Source of the DNA: an uncultured Pseudomonadota bacterium
GTDB lineage: Bacteria; Pseudomonadota; Alphaproteobacteria; Acetobacterales; Acetobacteraceae
Assembly (NCBI GenBank): GCA_963818725.1
Contig: CAWFTU010000024.1
Location: forward strand, 279,906 to 303,905
Length of the DNA stretch: 24,000 nt
Direction of reading: 5' to 3'
Position 1 is the stretch's first letter. Every line of letters starts with the position of its first letter. The notes under the pieces were generated by a model that saw only the letters and a list, made by a program, of their open reading frames with translations, was not told the DNA's origin and did not search any database. The position numbers were made by a program, and so were the translations under genes. This document shows positions 1 to 9,450 of this stretch, in pieces.

Positions 1-849
1 GCGTGCGCACGTTCCTTGGCGGCTCTGGCAACACGGAGACAGGATGTCGACGGAAGGCCATGCGAACGCCGATTTAGCCTATCCGGTGGCTGCCCACGGT
101 TGCCTCCCGTATTCCTTTGCAACCGCGGTCTGCGGTCTCGATTTCAATAGCATCAAGCACAATGAGGTATTGCGCAAGCGCAAACTCACGCGCGAAACTG
201 CTGCGGGTCCGCGCCTGCGGCCGTCGGGTCGAGCACCGCAGGACCGTCCAGACCTTGACTTTGATCATGTCAACCACCTTGTAAGCCTCGATCGACCAGT
301 TGGAACGTCTCCAGCGGATTCATCGAGCTCTGCATTCCATGCAGGAGAGACATATGTTCCTTACACATGCGAGATATCTCGGCCGAGCCTGACGCTGCCG
401 ATTGCCTGCCTGGGCTTGGCACTTGGGCTTGGGGGCGCTGCGTACGCGCAGCAGCAGCAACCCCGCAATCCAGCTCATAACACCGCCAGATGTAGTCAGA
501 AATCGGATTCGGAGCAGTTGGGCAACGCCGACCAACTTCCGTCGCAGCGGGCTGATCAGGAGCAGGCGGGCTCCGGCTCGTCCTACAAGCCGCAACGGAC
601 GCAGGGCTTGCCGCCAGGATTGTACGCGCAAGCGCAACCGCATCCGACTTTCCCGCAGGATCAATCGCGGACGGCTTCAAACGGGCGCTCTGGCGCCGCG
701 TCTTCGACCAACGGCCCCTGCGGCTAAGCCTCGACGTTCAGCGCAGCCGGCGCCCGCCGGGGCGGTGCGCCGGCTAGCCCTCGCAGGTGCGGGACGACCG
801 ACACTTGCATATGCGACCAAGCCCGCGGATGCCCGGCGAGCCGACGTCG

Positions 850-2247
850 CTAGGGTCTGATCTGCAAGGCCCGCCACTCCGGTCCGGGGCGGGTCTGCTT
901 CTGCGGCATCACCAGCAGCAGCGCGAACTGCCGGTGCGCGGCGCGCGCCGCGTCCAGCGCGGGGACAAAGTCGACCGGCGCGTGCATGACGCGGTCCTGC
1001 ACCCGCAGGATCGCGTCGCCCGCGACCCACCCGCGCCAGGCCGCGTCCGTGCCGGGCGCGACCGCGGTGACAAGGATACCGGGCACTTGGGGGCCGAGGT
1101 GGAGCCTGACGCGCGGCGCATCGAGCAGCGGCGCCACGGTCAAGCCGAGGTCGGGTGAGATGGCCTGCGTCACCTTCACCGGCGCGATCGGTGCGTCGAA
1201 GCTCTCCCATTGCTGGCGCGGCCACTCGCCCACCGTCGCCGCGACCTCCTTCGTCTCGCCCCCGCGCAGGACTGTGAGATTGACGCGGGTGCCCGGCGCG
1301 GTCCCGGCGATGTCGCGCAGCAGGGCGCGCTCGTCGCTCGGCGGCGTCCCGTTGAAGTCCAGCACGATGTCGCCAACCTGCAGGCCGGCCGCCGCCGCGG
1401 CCCCACCCTCGGTGACGTAGGCCACGATCGAGCCGCGCGGCTCCCCCATCCCCAGCGCCGCGGCCATCTCCGGGGTGATCTGCTGCACCTTGAAGCCCAG
1501 CCAGCCGGGGCGCAGCCAGCCGAAGCGGCGCAGCTGGCCAATGACGAAGCGCGCGTCCGCCGCCGGGATCGCGAAGCCGAGCCCGGCCGAGCCGGCGGTC
1601 GGCGAGATGATGGCGGTGTTGATGCCGACCACCCGCCCCTGCATGTCAAACAGCGGCCCGCCGGAATTGCCGTGGTTGATGGGCGCGTCGGTCTGGACGT
1701 AGTCGTCGTAGGGCGTCTCCATGATGTTGCGGTTGAGCGCGCTGACAATCCCGCCCGTGACCGACAACCCCACCCCGAGCGGGTTGCCGATCGCCAGCAC
1801 CGGGTCGCCGACCCGCACCGCGTGGCTGTCGCCCCATTGCGCCGCCTTCAGCGGCGCGGGCGGCGCGACCTCGAGCAGCGCGATGTCGGCCAGGCGGTCG
1901 GCGGCGGCGACCTTCGCCGCGAGCTGGGCGCCGTCGGAACACGTGACGACGATCTCGTAGGCGCCGTCGATGACGTGGTAGTTGGTGACGATCTCCCCCT
2001 TGGGGTCGATGACGAACCCCGACCCGAGCTGGCGCTTCTGCTCGGACGACGACAGGCCGGGACCCGTCGCGCCCGCCATCTGCGGCGCGGGGGTCTTGGC
2101 CACGACCAGGGCGGTGACGTTGACCACCGTCGGCAGCAGGCTGCGCACCAGGCCCGAGCGGTCGAACTGCATCTCCTGCGCGCCCGCCGGCGGGGCGCCG
2201 GCGAGCAGGCAGGCCAAGAGCCAGGTCAGGAGAACTGAAAACCGCAT
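850..2247 (-). CDS. HtrA/Deg-like trypsin-like serine protease with signal peptide and C-terminal PDZ domains
   Basis: ORF 850..2259. Contains the catalytic-type segments NYHVIDGA, DIALLEV and NHGNSGGPLFD. N-terminal signal peptide (MRFSVLLTWLLACLLAGAPPAGAQ), PDZ-like C-terminus. ATG at 2247 has a better-placed RBS (GGTGG) than ATG at 2259. Confidence 0.93.
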   Translation of the reverse strand: MRFSVLLTWLLACLLAGAPPAGAQEMQFDRSGLVRSLLPTVVNVTALVVAKTPAPQMAGATGPGLSSSEQKRQLGSGFVIDPKGEIVTNYHVIDGAYEIVVTCSDGAQLAAKVAAADRLADIALLEVAPPAPLKAAQWGDSHAVRVGDPVLAIGNPLGVGLSVTGGIVSALNRNIMETPYDDYVQTDAPINHGNSGGPLFDMQGRVVGINTAIISPTAGSAGLGFAIPAADARFVIGQLRRFGWLRPGWLGFKVQQITPEMAAALGMGEPRGSIVAYVTEGGAAAAAGLQVGDIVLDFNGTPPSDERALLRDIAGTAPGTRVNLTVLRGGETKEVAATVGEWPRQQWESFDAPIAPVKVTQAISPDLGLTVAPLLDAPRVRLHLGPQVPGILVTAVAPGTDAAWRGWVAGDAILRVQDRVMHAPVDFVPALDAARAAHRQFALLLVMPQKQTRPGPEWRALQIRP

Positions 2248-2467
2248 ATGTCCACCCATCTAGCAAGCCTCCGCCGCGGCCACGTATGATCCGAAGTCAG
2301 CGACCTCCGATTGTGCGTGGACTCTGCCGCGGCCCGCTCAGAGCTTTCCTCGCTCGACGCGATTTCACCGAATACAATCCCAATGAGCCGGGCATTGAAG
2401 GTCGCCCAAGGCGCGCGCTTTCGCAAGGCCGCCTCCCATGATCGCGCCAGGCCACGACAGGCCGGTA

Positions 2468-5400
2468 TCAGTGCGGACCCCGCACCGACACCGGGCTCCG
2501 GGGCGCCATGGTGCCGAGCGTGGCGTCTTCCGACTCCCCCCGGATCGGCCGCCGCCGGCTTGGCCGGGCGACCCAACGGGCGAGCACGTAGAACACCGGG
2601 GTGAACAGCAGCCCGAACAGTGTCACGCCTAGCATCCCGGCGAACACCGCCGTACCGAGGGACTGCCGCATCTCGGCGCCGGCGCCGGTCGCGACCGCCA
2701 GCGGCACGACACCGAAAATGAAGGCGAGCGAGGTCATCAGGATCGGACGCAGCCGGGTGCGCGCCGCCGCCACCGCCGCCTCAAAGCGCGTCATCCCTTG
2801 TTCCTCGGCCTGCTTCGCGAACTCCACGATCAGGATCGCGTTCTTCGCGGCGAGGCCGACCAGCACCACCAGCCCGACCTCGACCAGGATATTGCGGTCG
2901 AGCCCGCGCGCGTTCACGCCGAGCATCGCGGCGAGGATGCACATCGGCACGATCAGCACCACGGCCAGCGGCAGCAGCCAGCTTTCGTACAGCGCCGCAA
3001 GCAGGAGATAGACGAACACGACGGCGAGCCCGAAGGCGACGATCGCGGTGTTGCCCGCGAGCTTCTCCTGAAGCGCAATCTCGGTCCACTCGAAGCCGAA
3101 CCCCGGCGGCAGCCGTTCGCGGGCGATCGTCTCGACTGCCGCGATAGCCTGCCCGGTCGAAAAGCCGCGGTTAAGGGTGAGCTGCACCTCCGCCGCCGGA
3201 TAAAGGTTGTAGCGTGGCACTCGGAACGGACCGGTGGTATCATGGAAGCTCGCCACTGCTCCGATCGGCACCATGTCGCCAGCGCTGTTGCGCGTCTTGA
3301 GGTTCTCGACATCACGCAGGGTCAGGCGAAACTGGTTGTCCGCCTGGGCATTCACCTGGTAGGTGCGGCCCAGCAGATTGAAGTCGTTGATGTATGCCGA
3401 GCCCATGTAGGTCGACAGCGCCTCGAACACGTTGTCGATCGGCACGCCCAGCAGCTCGGACTTCGTGCGGTCGATGTCGGCGTAGACCTGCGGCGTGTGG
3501 GTGTTGAACAATGTGAAGGCCTGGCCGAAGCCCGGCGTCTGCGCCGCCGATCCCGCGACGATCCAGGTGGCCTGTTCCAGCGCCGGCAGCCCGCGGCCGG
3601 CGCGATCCTCCACATAGCCCTTCAACCCGCCCCCCGTGCCGATGCCGGGAACCGGCGGCGGATTCAGCACGATCGGGAAGGCATCGGACAGTTGGAACAG
3701 GTGCTGCTGGACATCGGCGTGGATACGGGCAGCGGTCAGCCCGCGCGGCACGCGGAACTCGAAGGGCTTTAGGGACACGAAGATCACGCCAGTGTTCGGC
3801 GCGTTGGTGAAGGTCGCGCCGTCGAACCCGACGAACGCCACCGAGCTTTGCACCCCAGGCCGCTCTAGGATGATCTCCGAGGCACGGCGGATCACCGCGT
3901 CGGTGCGGCTCAAGGAGGCGCCGGGCGGCAATTGGAACGCGGCGATCAGGTAGCCGCGATCGAGCTGCGGAATCAGCCCTGTCGGGGTCTTCGCCAAGCG
4001 GTCATACGCAAGGTAGATCAGCCCCGCATAGACCACCAGCACGACCACGCCAAGCCGTACGAGGCGGCGCGTGAGTGCGCCGTAACCGGCCGACAGGCGG
4101 TCGAATGCCCAGTTGAACCCCGCAAAGAACCAGCGCAACGGGGCCGACAGGCGCCGCAGCAGCGTGGGCCGCGGCGCGGGCTCGTGCGCCTTCAGCACGA
4201 TCGCGGCAAGCGCCGGCGACAAGGTGAGCGAGACGAAGCAGGAGATGACAGTCGCCGCGGCGATGGTGATCGCGAACTGACGGTAGAACGAACCTTGCAG
4301 CCCGCTGATGAACGCCGTAGGGATGAACACGGCGCACAGCACCAAGGCGATCGCGACCAATGCGCCGCCGACCTCGTCCATCGTCTTGTGCGCCGCCTCT
4401 TTCGGCGACAAGCCCTGGCGCAGGTAGCGTTCGACATTCTCCACGACCACGATGGCGTCATCGACCACGATGCCGATCGCCAGCACAAGGCCGAACAGCG
4501 ACAGCGTGTTGAACGTGATGCCGACGGCCTCCATGACCACGAAGCAGCCGATCAGCGAGACCGGGATGGCGACAACCGGAATGATCGCCGCCCGCCAGGT
4601 CTGCAGGAACACGATCACCACGACGGCAACGAGGAGGATCGCTTCGTACAGGGTCCGGATCACCTCGTTAATCGATTGCTGGATGAACTCGGTTGGATTG
4701 TAGACCACCGTGTAGTCGACGCCCGACGGGAAGGTTCTTTTCGCCTCCTCCATTGCGTGCTTCACCGCGGCGGCGGTGGCCAGCGCATTGGAACCGGGCC
4801 TCTGATAGATCACGATGGCGGTCGCCACATCCTTGTTCAGGTAGGCGTTGATGGTGTAGTCCTGAGCCCCGAGTTCGACGCGCGCGATGTCGCGCACGCG
4901 CACGTAACCGCCCCCTGGGTCGGCGCGCACGACGATATTGCCGAACTGGTCGACGTCCGTCAGCCGCCCCAGTGTCTGCACCGAGAGCTGGAATGCGCCC
5001 GGCGAGGCCGCCGGGGGCTGGTTGATCGCCCCCGCTGCCACCTGGAGGTTGGCCGCACGCAGCGCGTTCACCACGTCGCCCGCGGTCAGGCCGCGCGCCG
5101 CCACCTTGGCGGGATCGAGCCAGATCCGCATCGCGTAGTCGCGCGCCCCGAAGATGTTGACGTCGCCCACGCCGTCGACGCGGGCCAGCGCATCCTTGAT
5201 GTGCAGGGTCGCGTAATTGGAGATGTACTGCTGGTCGCGGCTGCCGTCCGGCGAGATCATGTGCACGACCATCATCAGGTCGGGCGAGGCCTTCCGCACC
5301 GTCACGCCGAGGCGGCGAACGTCGTCGGGCAGCCGCGGCTCCGCCACCGAGACCCGGTTCTGCACCAGCACCTGAGCCGTATCGATGTTGGTTCCCGGCT

Positions 5401-5689
5401 TGAACACCACGTCGATCGACAGGGTGCCGTCGCCGACGGACTGCGAGGTGACGTACAGCATGTTGTCGACGCCATTCACCTCCTGCTCGATCGGAGTCGC
5501 CACCGTCGCGGCCAGAACTTCGGCCGATGCGCCCGGATAGGTCGCGCGGATGTTCACAGTCGGCGGCGCGATCTCCGGGTACTCAGAGATCGGCAGGCTC
5601 TGCTGCACGATCGCGCCCGCAATGATCAGCAGCAACGACAGGACCGTCGCGAAGATCGGCCGGTCGATGAAGAAGTGCGAGAACCGCAT
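2468..5689 (-). CDS. RND efflux permease, HAE-1/AcrB-MexF type
   Basis: 1073 aa starting MRFSHFFIDRPIFATVLS. Has GIVVDDAIVVVENV in TM4 and the typical duplicated RND architecture. GGGAG upstream of the ATG. Confidence 0.97.
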   Translation of the reverse strand: MRFSHFFIDRPIFATVLSLLLIIAGAIVQQSLPISEYPEIAPPTVNIRATYPGASAEVLAATVATPIEQEVNGVDNMLYVTSQSVGDGTLSIDVVFKPGTNIDTAQVLVQNRVSVAEPRLPDDVRRLGVTVRKASPDLMMVVHMISPDGSRDQQYISNYATLHIKDALARVDGVGDVNIFGARDYAMRIWLDPAKVAARGLTAGDVVNALRAANLQVAAGAINQPPAASPGAFQLSVQTLGRLTDVDQFGNIVVRADPGGGYVRVRDIARVELGAQDYTINAYLNKDVATAIVIYQRPGSNALATAAAVKHAMEEAKRTFPSGVDYTVVYNPTEFIQQSINEVIRTLYEAILLVAVVVIVFLQTWRAAIIPVVAIPVSLIGCFVVMEAVGITFNTLSLFGLVLAIGIVVDDAIVVVENVERYLRQGLSPKEAAHKTMDEVGGALVAIALVLCAVFIPTAFISGLQGSFYRQFAITIAAATVISCFVSLTLSPALAAIVLKAHEPAPRPTLLRRLSAPLRWFFAGFNWAFDRLSAGYGALTRRLVRLGVVVLVVYAGLIYLAYDRLAKTPTGLIPQLDRGYLIAAFQLPPGASLSRTDAVIRRASEIILERPGVQSSVAFVGFDGATFTNAPNTGVIFVSLKPFEFRVPRGLTAARIHADVQQHLFQLSDAFPIVLNPPPVPGIGTGGGLKGYVEDRAGRGLPALEQATWIVAGSAAQTPGFGQAFTLFNTHTPQVYADIDRTKSELLGVPIDNVFEALSTYMGSAYINDFNLLGRTYQVNAQADNQFRLTLRDVENLKTRNSAGDMVPIGAVASFHDTTGPFRVPRYNLYPAAEVQLTLNRGFSTGQAIAAVETIARERLPPGFGFEWTEIALQEKLAGNTAIVAFGLAVVFVYLLLAALYESWLLPLAVVLIVPMCILAAMLGVNARGLDRNILVEVGLVVLVGLAAKNAILIVEFAKQAEEQGMTRFEAAVAAARTRLRPILMTSLAFIFGVVPLAVATGAGAEMRQSLGTAVFAGMLGVTLFGLLFTPVFYVLARWVARPSRRRPIRGESEDATLGTMAPRSPVSVRGPH

Positions 5690-5724
5690 GCGGCGCTCCC
5701 GAGGGAGGTGGCGACGAGGCCGCC

Positions 5725-6987
5725 TCAGTTGGCGGCTGGCTTGCCGGCGGGTTTCGACTGGGTGCTGATCGTCACCGCGGGTGGCTTCATATCAGGAGGC
5801 TGCGGAGCGGCCGGCGTGCTCTCAACCGCCTTGATCTCGCCCGGCTGCGGCTGGACCGTGGCGCCTGGGCGAACAAATGGATTTGCCAGGCCACCGATGA
5901 TCACCTTGTCGTTCGCCGCGAGGCCGCCCGTCACCGCGCGCAGCCCGAGTGCGATACCAGCAGGCGTGATCGTCTTCGGGACCACCTTGTTGTCGGAGGA
6001 GAGCGTGTACAGGATCTTTTGCGCCTGGTCGGATACGATCGCGGCGTCTGGCACGAGCAGCACGTCCTCGTAGCCACCGAACAGGCGCAATCGCCCGAAC
6101 GTTCCCGGCGCGAAGAAGTAGTCCTTGTTGTCGAACACGGCGCGGCCGCGGATCGTGCCCGAGCGGGCATTCACCTCGTTGTCCACGAAGTTCATATGGC
6201 CCGTGTGGGTCCATTCCGCCTCATCGGCAAGCCGCACCTGAACCGGGTTCTGGGTGTCCCGCGAGGAGTGGCGCTGACCACTGGCGTTCAGGCGGGCGTA
6301 GCGGATGTAGTCGGCCTCCGAGCCCTCAAACACGAAGTGGATCGGATCAAGGCTGACAATGGTAGTCAGCAGGGTGGCGTCTCCGGTGCCGGAGACCAGA
6401 TTGCCGACATCCACCTTACGATCGGAGATGCGGCCAGGGATCGGGGCGACAACGCGGGTCCACTCCAGGTTCAGTTCGGCGTTACGCAGCGACGCCTCAG
6501 CCGACATCTCCTGGGCTCGGTCGACCTCCAGGGTGGCCCGGCGCTGGTCCAGGTCGCGCGCTGTCGTGGTCGCCGTCTTGACCAGTTCCTGGGCCCGCGC
6601 GAAGTCGACCGTGGCCTGATGCACCTGAGCCTGGGTGCGCACCACGTCCGCGCGGGCCTGCTCAACCGCGATCTCGTAAGGGCGCGGATCGATGGTGAAC
6701 AGCAGATCGCCCTTCGCCACGATCGCCCCATCCGTGAAATGGATCTGGGCGATGTAGCCTGAGACACGCGGCCGCACCTCCACGCGCTGCACCGCCTCGA
6801 ACCGCCCCGTGAACTCGTCCCACTGGACAATGCGCCGCGCGAGCGGAGCGGCGACGGTGACGACAGGTGCCGGCGGGCCGCCCTGCGCGGCCGCGCCATC
6901 CGGCCACGCAAGCAGAGCGAGGGCGAAGGCGGCCAATGAAGCGGACAGCCAAGCGGCCGTACGGCACGGCGCAGGGCGCATTCTCAT
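5725..6987 (-). CDS. RND efflux periplasmic adaptor (membrane fusion protein, AcrA/MexE type)
   Basis: ORF 5725..7014 with RPRVSGYIAQIHFTDGAIVAKGDLLFTIDPRPYEIAV lipoyl-like motif. Signal peptide. Internal ATG at 6987 preceded by AAGGAG. Sits 35 nt upstream of the permease gene. Confidence 0.95.
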   Translation of the reverse strand: MRMRPAPCRTAAWLSASLAAFALALLAWPDGAAAQGGPPAPVVTVAAPLARRIVQWDEFTGRFEAVQRVEVRPRVSGYIAQIHFTDGAIVAKGDLLFTIDPRPYEIAVEQARADVVRTQAQVHQATVDFARAQELVKTATTTARDLDQRRATLEVDRAQEMSAEASLRNAELNLEWTRVVAPIPGRISDRKVDVGNLVSGTGDATLLTTIVSLDPIHFVFEGSEADYIRYARLNASGQRHSSRDTQNPVQVRLADEAEWTHTGHMNFVDNEVNARSGTIRGRAVFDNKDYFFAPGTFGRLRLFGGYEDVLLVPDAAIVSDQAQKILYTLSSDNKVVPKTITPAGIALGLRAVTGGLAANDKVIIGGLANPFVRPGATVQPQPGEIKAVESTPAAPQPPDMKPPAVTISTQSKPAGKPAAN

Positions 6988-7157
6988 GGACTGCTCCTTC
7001 CCGTTCAATTGCATCGCAAACGGGCGGCGTCAAACGGGAGGCACTCGCCTCCGTGGGTCAGGCGGATACTGCATCACGAATTTGATTTCTTGCAAGTGCT
7101 TCGCCACCTAGCCAGTTGTCCGGGGGAAGACGCGTGATCCGCCGATCTTCAGATTTC

Positions 7158-7787
7158 TCATTGTGCGTCCTCCGCCGTCGGGGCGCGCGCGGGCAGGAAG
7201 AACAAGACCGGCACCGCAAGCTGTAGCGCGACCGACACCGGCACCGAGACCTGTGCCGCCACCATGGCGGCGAAGTAGAGCGCTGGACCGAGAAGACTCC
7301 GCCGCAATGACGCGTTCGCGAGGGCGCGGTACTCCGGCTTGAACAGCTTTGCGTGCCGCGTGGCGTACCAGCGCATCAGTGAAAAAGACGAGGCCGTCAG
7401 GAACATGGCAATGCTGAGGAGCGTCGCCGAAGCCGACCGGTCGGGATAAAGCCCGAGCAGGGCGGTCGGGAAAGGCGTGAAGGAAATCACCAGCAGGAAC
7501 AGCCCGTTGAGCCAGAGCAGCCCGCGATCCGCATTGGCAAGCTGACCGAACAGATAGTGGTGCGAGACCCAGAACACGAGCACGAAGAAGAAACTCAGCG
7601 CCCAGGCGCCCAGCATCGGCAGTTGCTGGATGAGCGCCTGCCACAGCGCCGCGTTGCCGTCAGCGACGTGCTCCGGGATTTTTATGTTGAGCACCAGCAG
7701 GGTTATGACGATCGCGAGCACGCCGTCGGAGAACGCCTCCACCCGGCCAGTCTCGGCCTCTCCGCTGCGCAGAATGCCGCGCCGCAT
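7158..7787 (-). CDS. TMEM175/DUF1211-family membrane protein
   Basis: RVEAFSDGVLAIVITLLVLNI is the characteristic (R)xxxFSDgvfAIaiTLLvL motif. Multiple TM segments. ATG at 7787; the track start at 7811 is a TTG. Confidence 0.9.
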   Translation of the reverse strand: MRRGILRSGEAETGRVEAFSDGVLAIVITLLVLNIKIPEHVADGNAALWQALIQQLPMLGAWALSFFFVLVFWVSHHYLFGQLANADRGLLWLNGLFLLVISFTPFPTALLGLYPDRSASATLLSIAMFLTASSFSLMRWYATRHAKLFKPEYRALANASLRRSLLGPALYFAAMVAAQVSVPVSVALQLAVPVLFFLPARAPTAEDAQ

Positions 7788-7865
7788 TGTCTCAGGGCTC
7801 CGCCAGGGCAAGAAGATACATCCGGCTCGACAAGCCGGGCGCGCCGACGTGATCGAACATCGCGG

Positions 7866-8633
7866 CTACTCCCCAAGCGCCCGGATCAGGGCCTCGGCGG
7901 TCTCCATGCCGGAAAAATTCTGCTGTTCGGTGAGCAGGTTGCCGTCGCGGACCGCGAAGCCGCGCCACAGTCCCGCCTGGACATAGTTGGCGCCGATGCG
8001 CCGCATCTCATCCTCGATGCGCCAGGGCATTACGTTCCTGTTGCGCGGCAGCAGACCCATGCTCCAGACCGCGTTGTCCGCGAACGCCTCCTCCACATTG
8101 GCGAAACCAGTGACCGTCTTGCCGGCCGCCAGATAGCTTCCGTCGGACAGCTTCGCATAGCGGAGGATGGCGACCCCGTGGCACAGCGCCGCGGCGAGCT
8201 TCCCCGCCTCGTAGAACGCCACGAATGTCCGGTGCAGCCCGGTGGCGGTTTCCAATCTAAACATCGGCGCCTAGCCGCCAGCGACCATGATCGCGTCGAA
8301 ACGGTCCAACACGATCTCGGACACGGGCTTCGTGCTCTCGACCAGCGCGGCAAGGTTCGGCGTCGCGATGAACCCCATGCTGATGAGGTCGGAGGACGAG
8401 TAGCCGGACGCGTCGCGCGGGTCGCTCATCGCGTCGGCCTCGCACCGGCCGCCGGCGGGGCTGAATACCTCGACCTCATAGCCCTTCTCGGTGAGCGCGA
8501 AGTAGGGGTGCGTCAGCTCGCTCCACCAGAAGCCGACTGGCCAGCCGGTCGTGGTCGAGACCGCCGGGTTGGAGATCACGATGGCGACGCGTTTGGGCCG
8601 CTTGGCGACGGGATTGGCGTCCTTGAGGCTCAT
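7866..8633 (-). pseudogene. DJ-1/PfpI-family protein interrupted by an in-frame TAG codon
   Basis: N-terminal half MSLKDANPVAKRPKRVAIVISN...IVLDRFDAIMVAGG ends in TAG at 8271..8273. The same frame continues APMFRLETATGLHRTFVAFYEAGKLAAALCHGVAIL...ALGE to 7866. The catalytic-type ALCHG is in the second half. Confidence 0.88.
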
Positions 8634-9253
8634 GGAGACCAGCCCTTGCGCTGCAAAGAGAAGGCGAAGTTGGAGCCGAGTCCCCGCTTGCGGGCCAGTT
8701 CGATCCAAAGCATGGCTAAAGGTTCGAGCAGCCGCGCGGCACGCAGGCCGCCGGCGTCGACCGCCTCGAACCCGGCATCGCCGATCAAGCTGAGCACTAC
8801 GCGCTTGCCCGCCTCGTCGTCGCCGGCAACGAACATCACCGGCCGGGAGGGATAGGCACGGGCATCCGCCATGTTCTCGAATCCGGTCTGGTTGAAGGCC
8901 TTGAACACGCGCGCCTGCGGCGCCAGCGCAGCGACTTGCTCGGCGCCGGATGTCTCGAATCCCATCGTCAGCGCCAGTCCCGTCTCGCCCATGCCGAGCG
9001 GATTGGTCGCATCGACGAGAATCGTGCCGGCGAAGCCCGAGGCCGCCGCGACAACGTCCCTTACGGCGTTGAACGGAACGGCCAGGATGGTCGCGTCGGC
9101 CGAGGCGACCGCCTCGGCGATGGCGCGCTCCTGGGGGTTGCCGGCCTCGGGCGCCCGCACCCCGAACGTCACCTGGTGTCCGGCGCGTCCAAGCGCCTGA
9201 GCCAGCGCTCCGCCAACGTTGCCGGAGCCGATGATCGCGATACGCATTGGCAA
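8630..9253 (-). CDS. NADPH-dependent F420 reductase-like / NAD(P)-binding Rossmann oxidoreductase
   Basis: 207 aa, MPMRIAIIGSGNVGGALAQALGRAGHQVTFGVR Rossmann motif, VFKAFNQTGFENM. Stop overlaps the PfpI start by 4 nt (ATGA). Confidence 0.9.
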   Translation of the reverse strand: MPMRIAIIGSGNVGGALAQALGRAGHQVTFGVRAPEAGNPQERAIAEAVASADATILAVPFNAVRDVVAAASGFAGTILVDATNPLGMGETGLALTMGFETSGAEQVAALAPQARVFKAFNQTGFENMADARAYPSRPVMFVAGDDEAGKRVVLSLIGDAGFEAVDAGGLRAARLLEPLAMLWIELARKRGLGSNFAFSLQRKGWSP

Positions 9254-9450
9254 GGCCTCCGTACCCGGTTCGGTGAAGTGTCAGGCTCATGATATGATGG
9301 CAATTGAAGTCCACGGATTGAAATCGCCTCATGGCCAGGTTCGATGACGCTCAACCTCGCCGGCGCGATCTTACTTTATGGCCGGCAACCCTCTCTTGTT
9401 CCCGCGTTCTGAGTGCTTAGGTTGCCTCTCAGGCTCGTTTTAGCGGGCTG

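Noticed and set aside
44-860. ORFs 44..727 (+), 402..860 (+) and 270..680 (-) as genuine full-length genes
   Set aside because: Mutually overlapping, compositionally unlike the true genes, and no recognisable domains. Only the signal-peptide-like stretch merits a note.
3932-6073. 713-aa plus-strand ORF
   Set aside because: Entirely antisense to the RND permease and adaptor genes. Composition (H/R/D/Q-rich, RDGHDHR-like) is typical of GC-rich shadow ORFs, with no domain signature.
7557-8855. 432-aa plus-strand ORF
   Set aside because: Antisense to the TMEM175-like, PfpI and reductase genes. No family signature.
8634-9332. N-terminal extension of the 353-aa minus-strand ORF 8271..9332
   Set aside because: This part overlaps the well-supported reductase gene in another frame. 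The real PfpI start is MSLKD at 8633.
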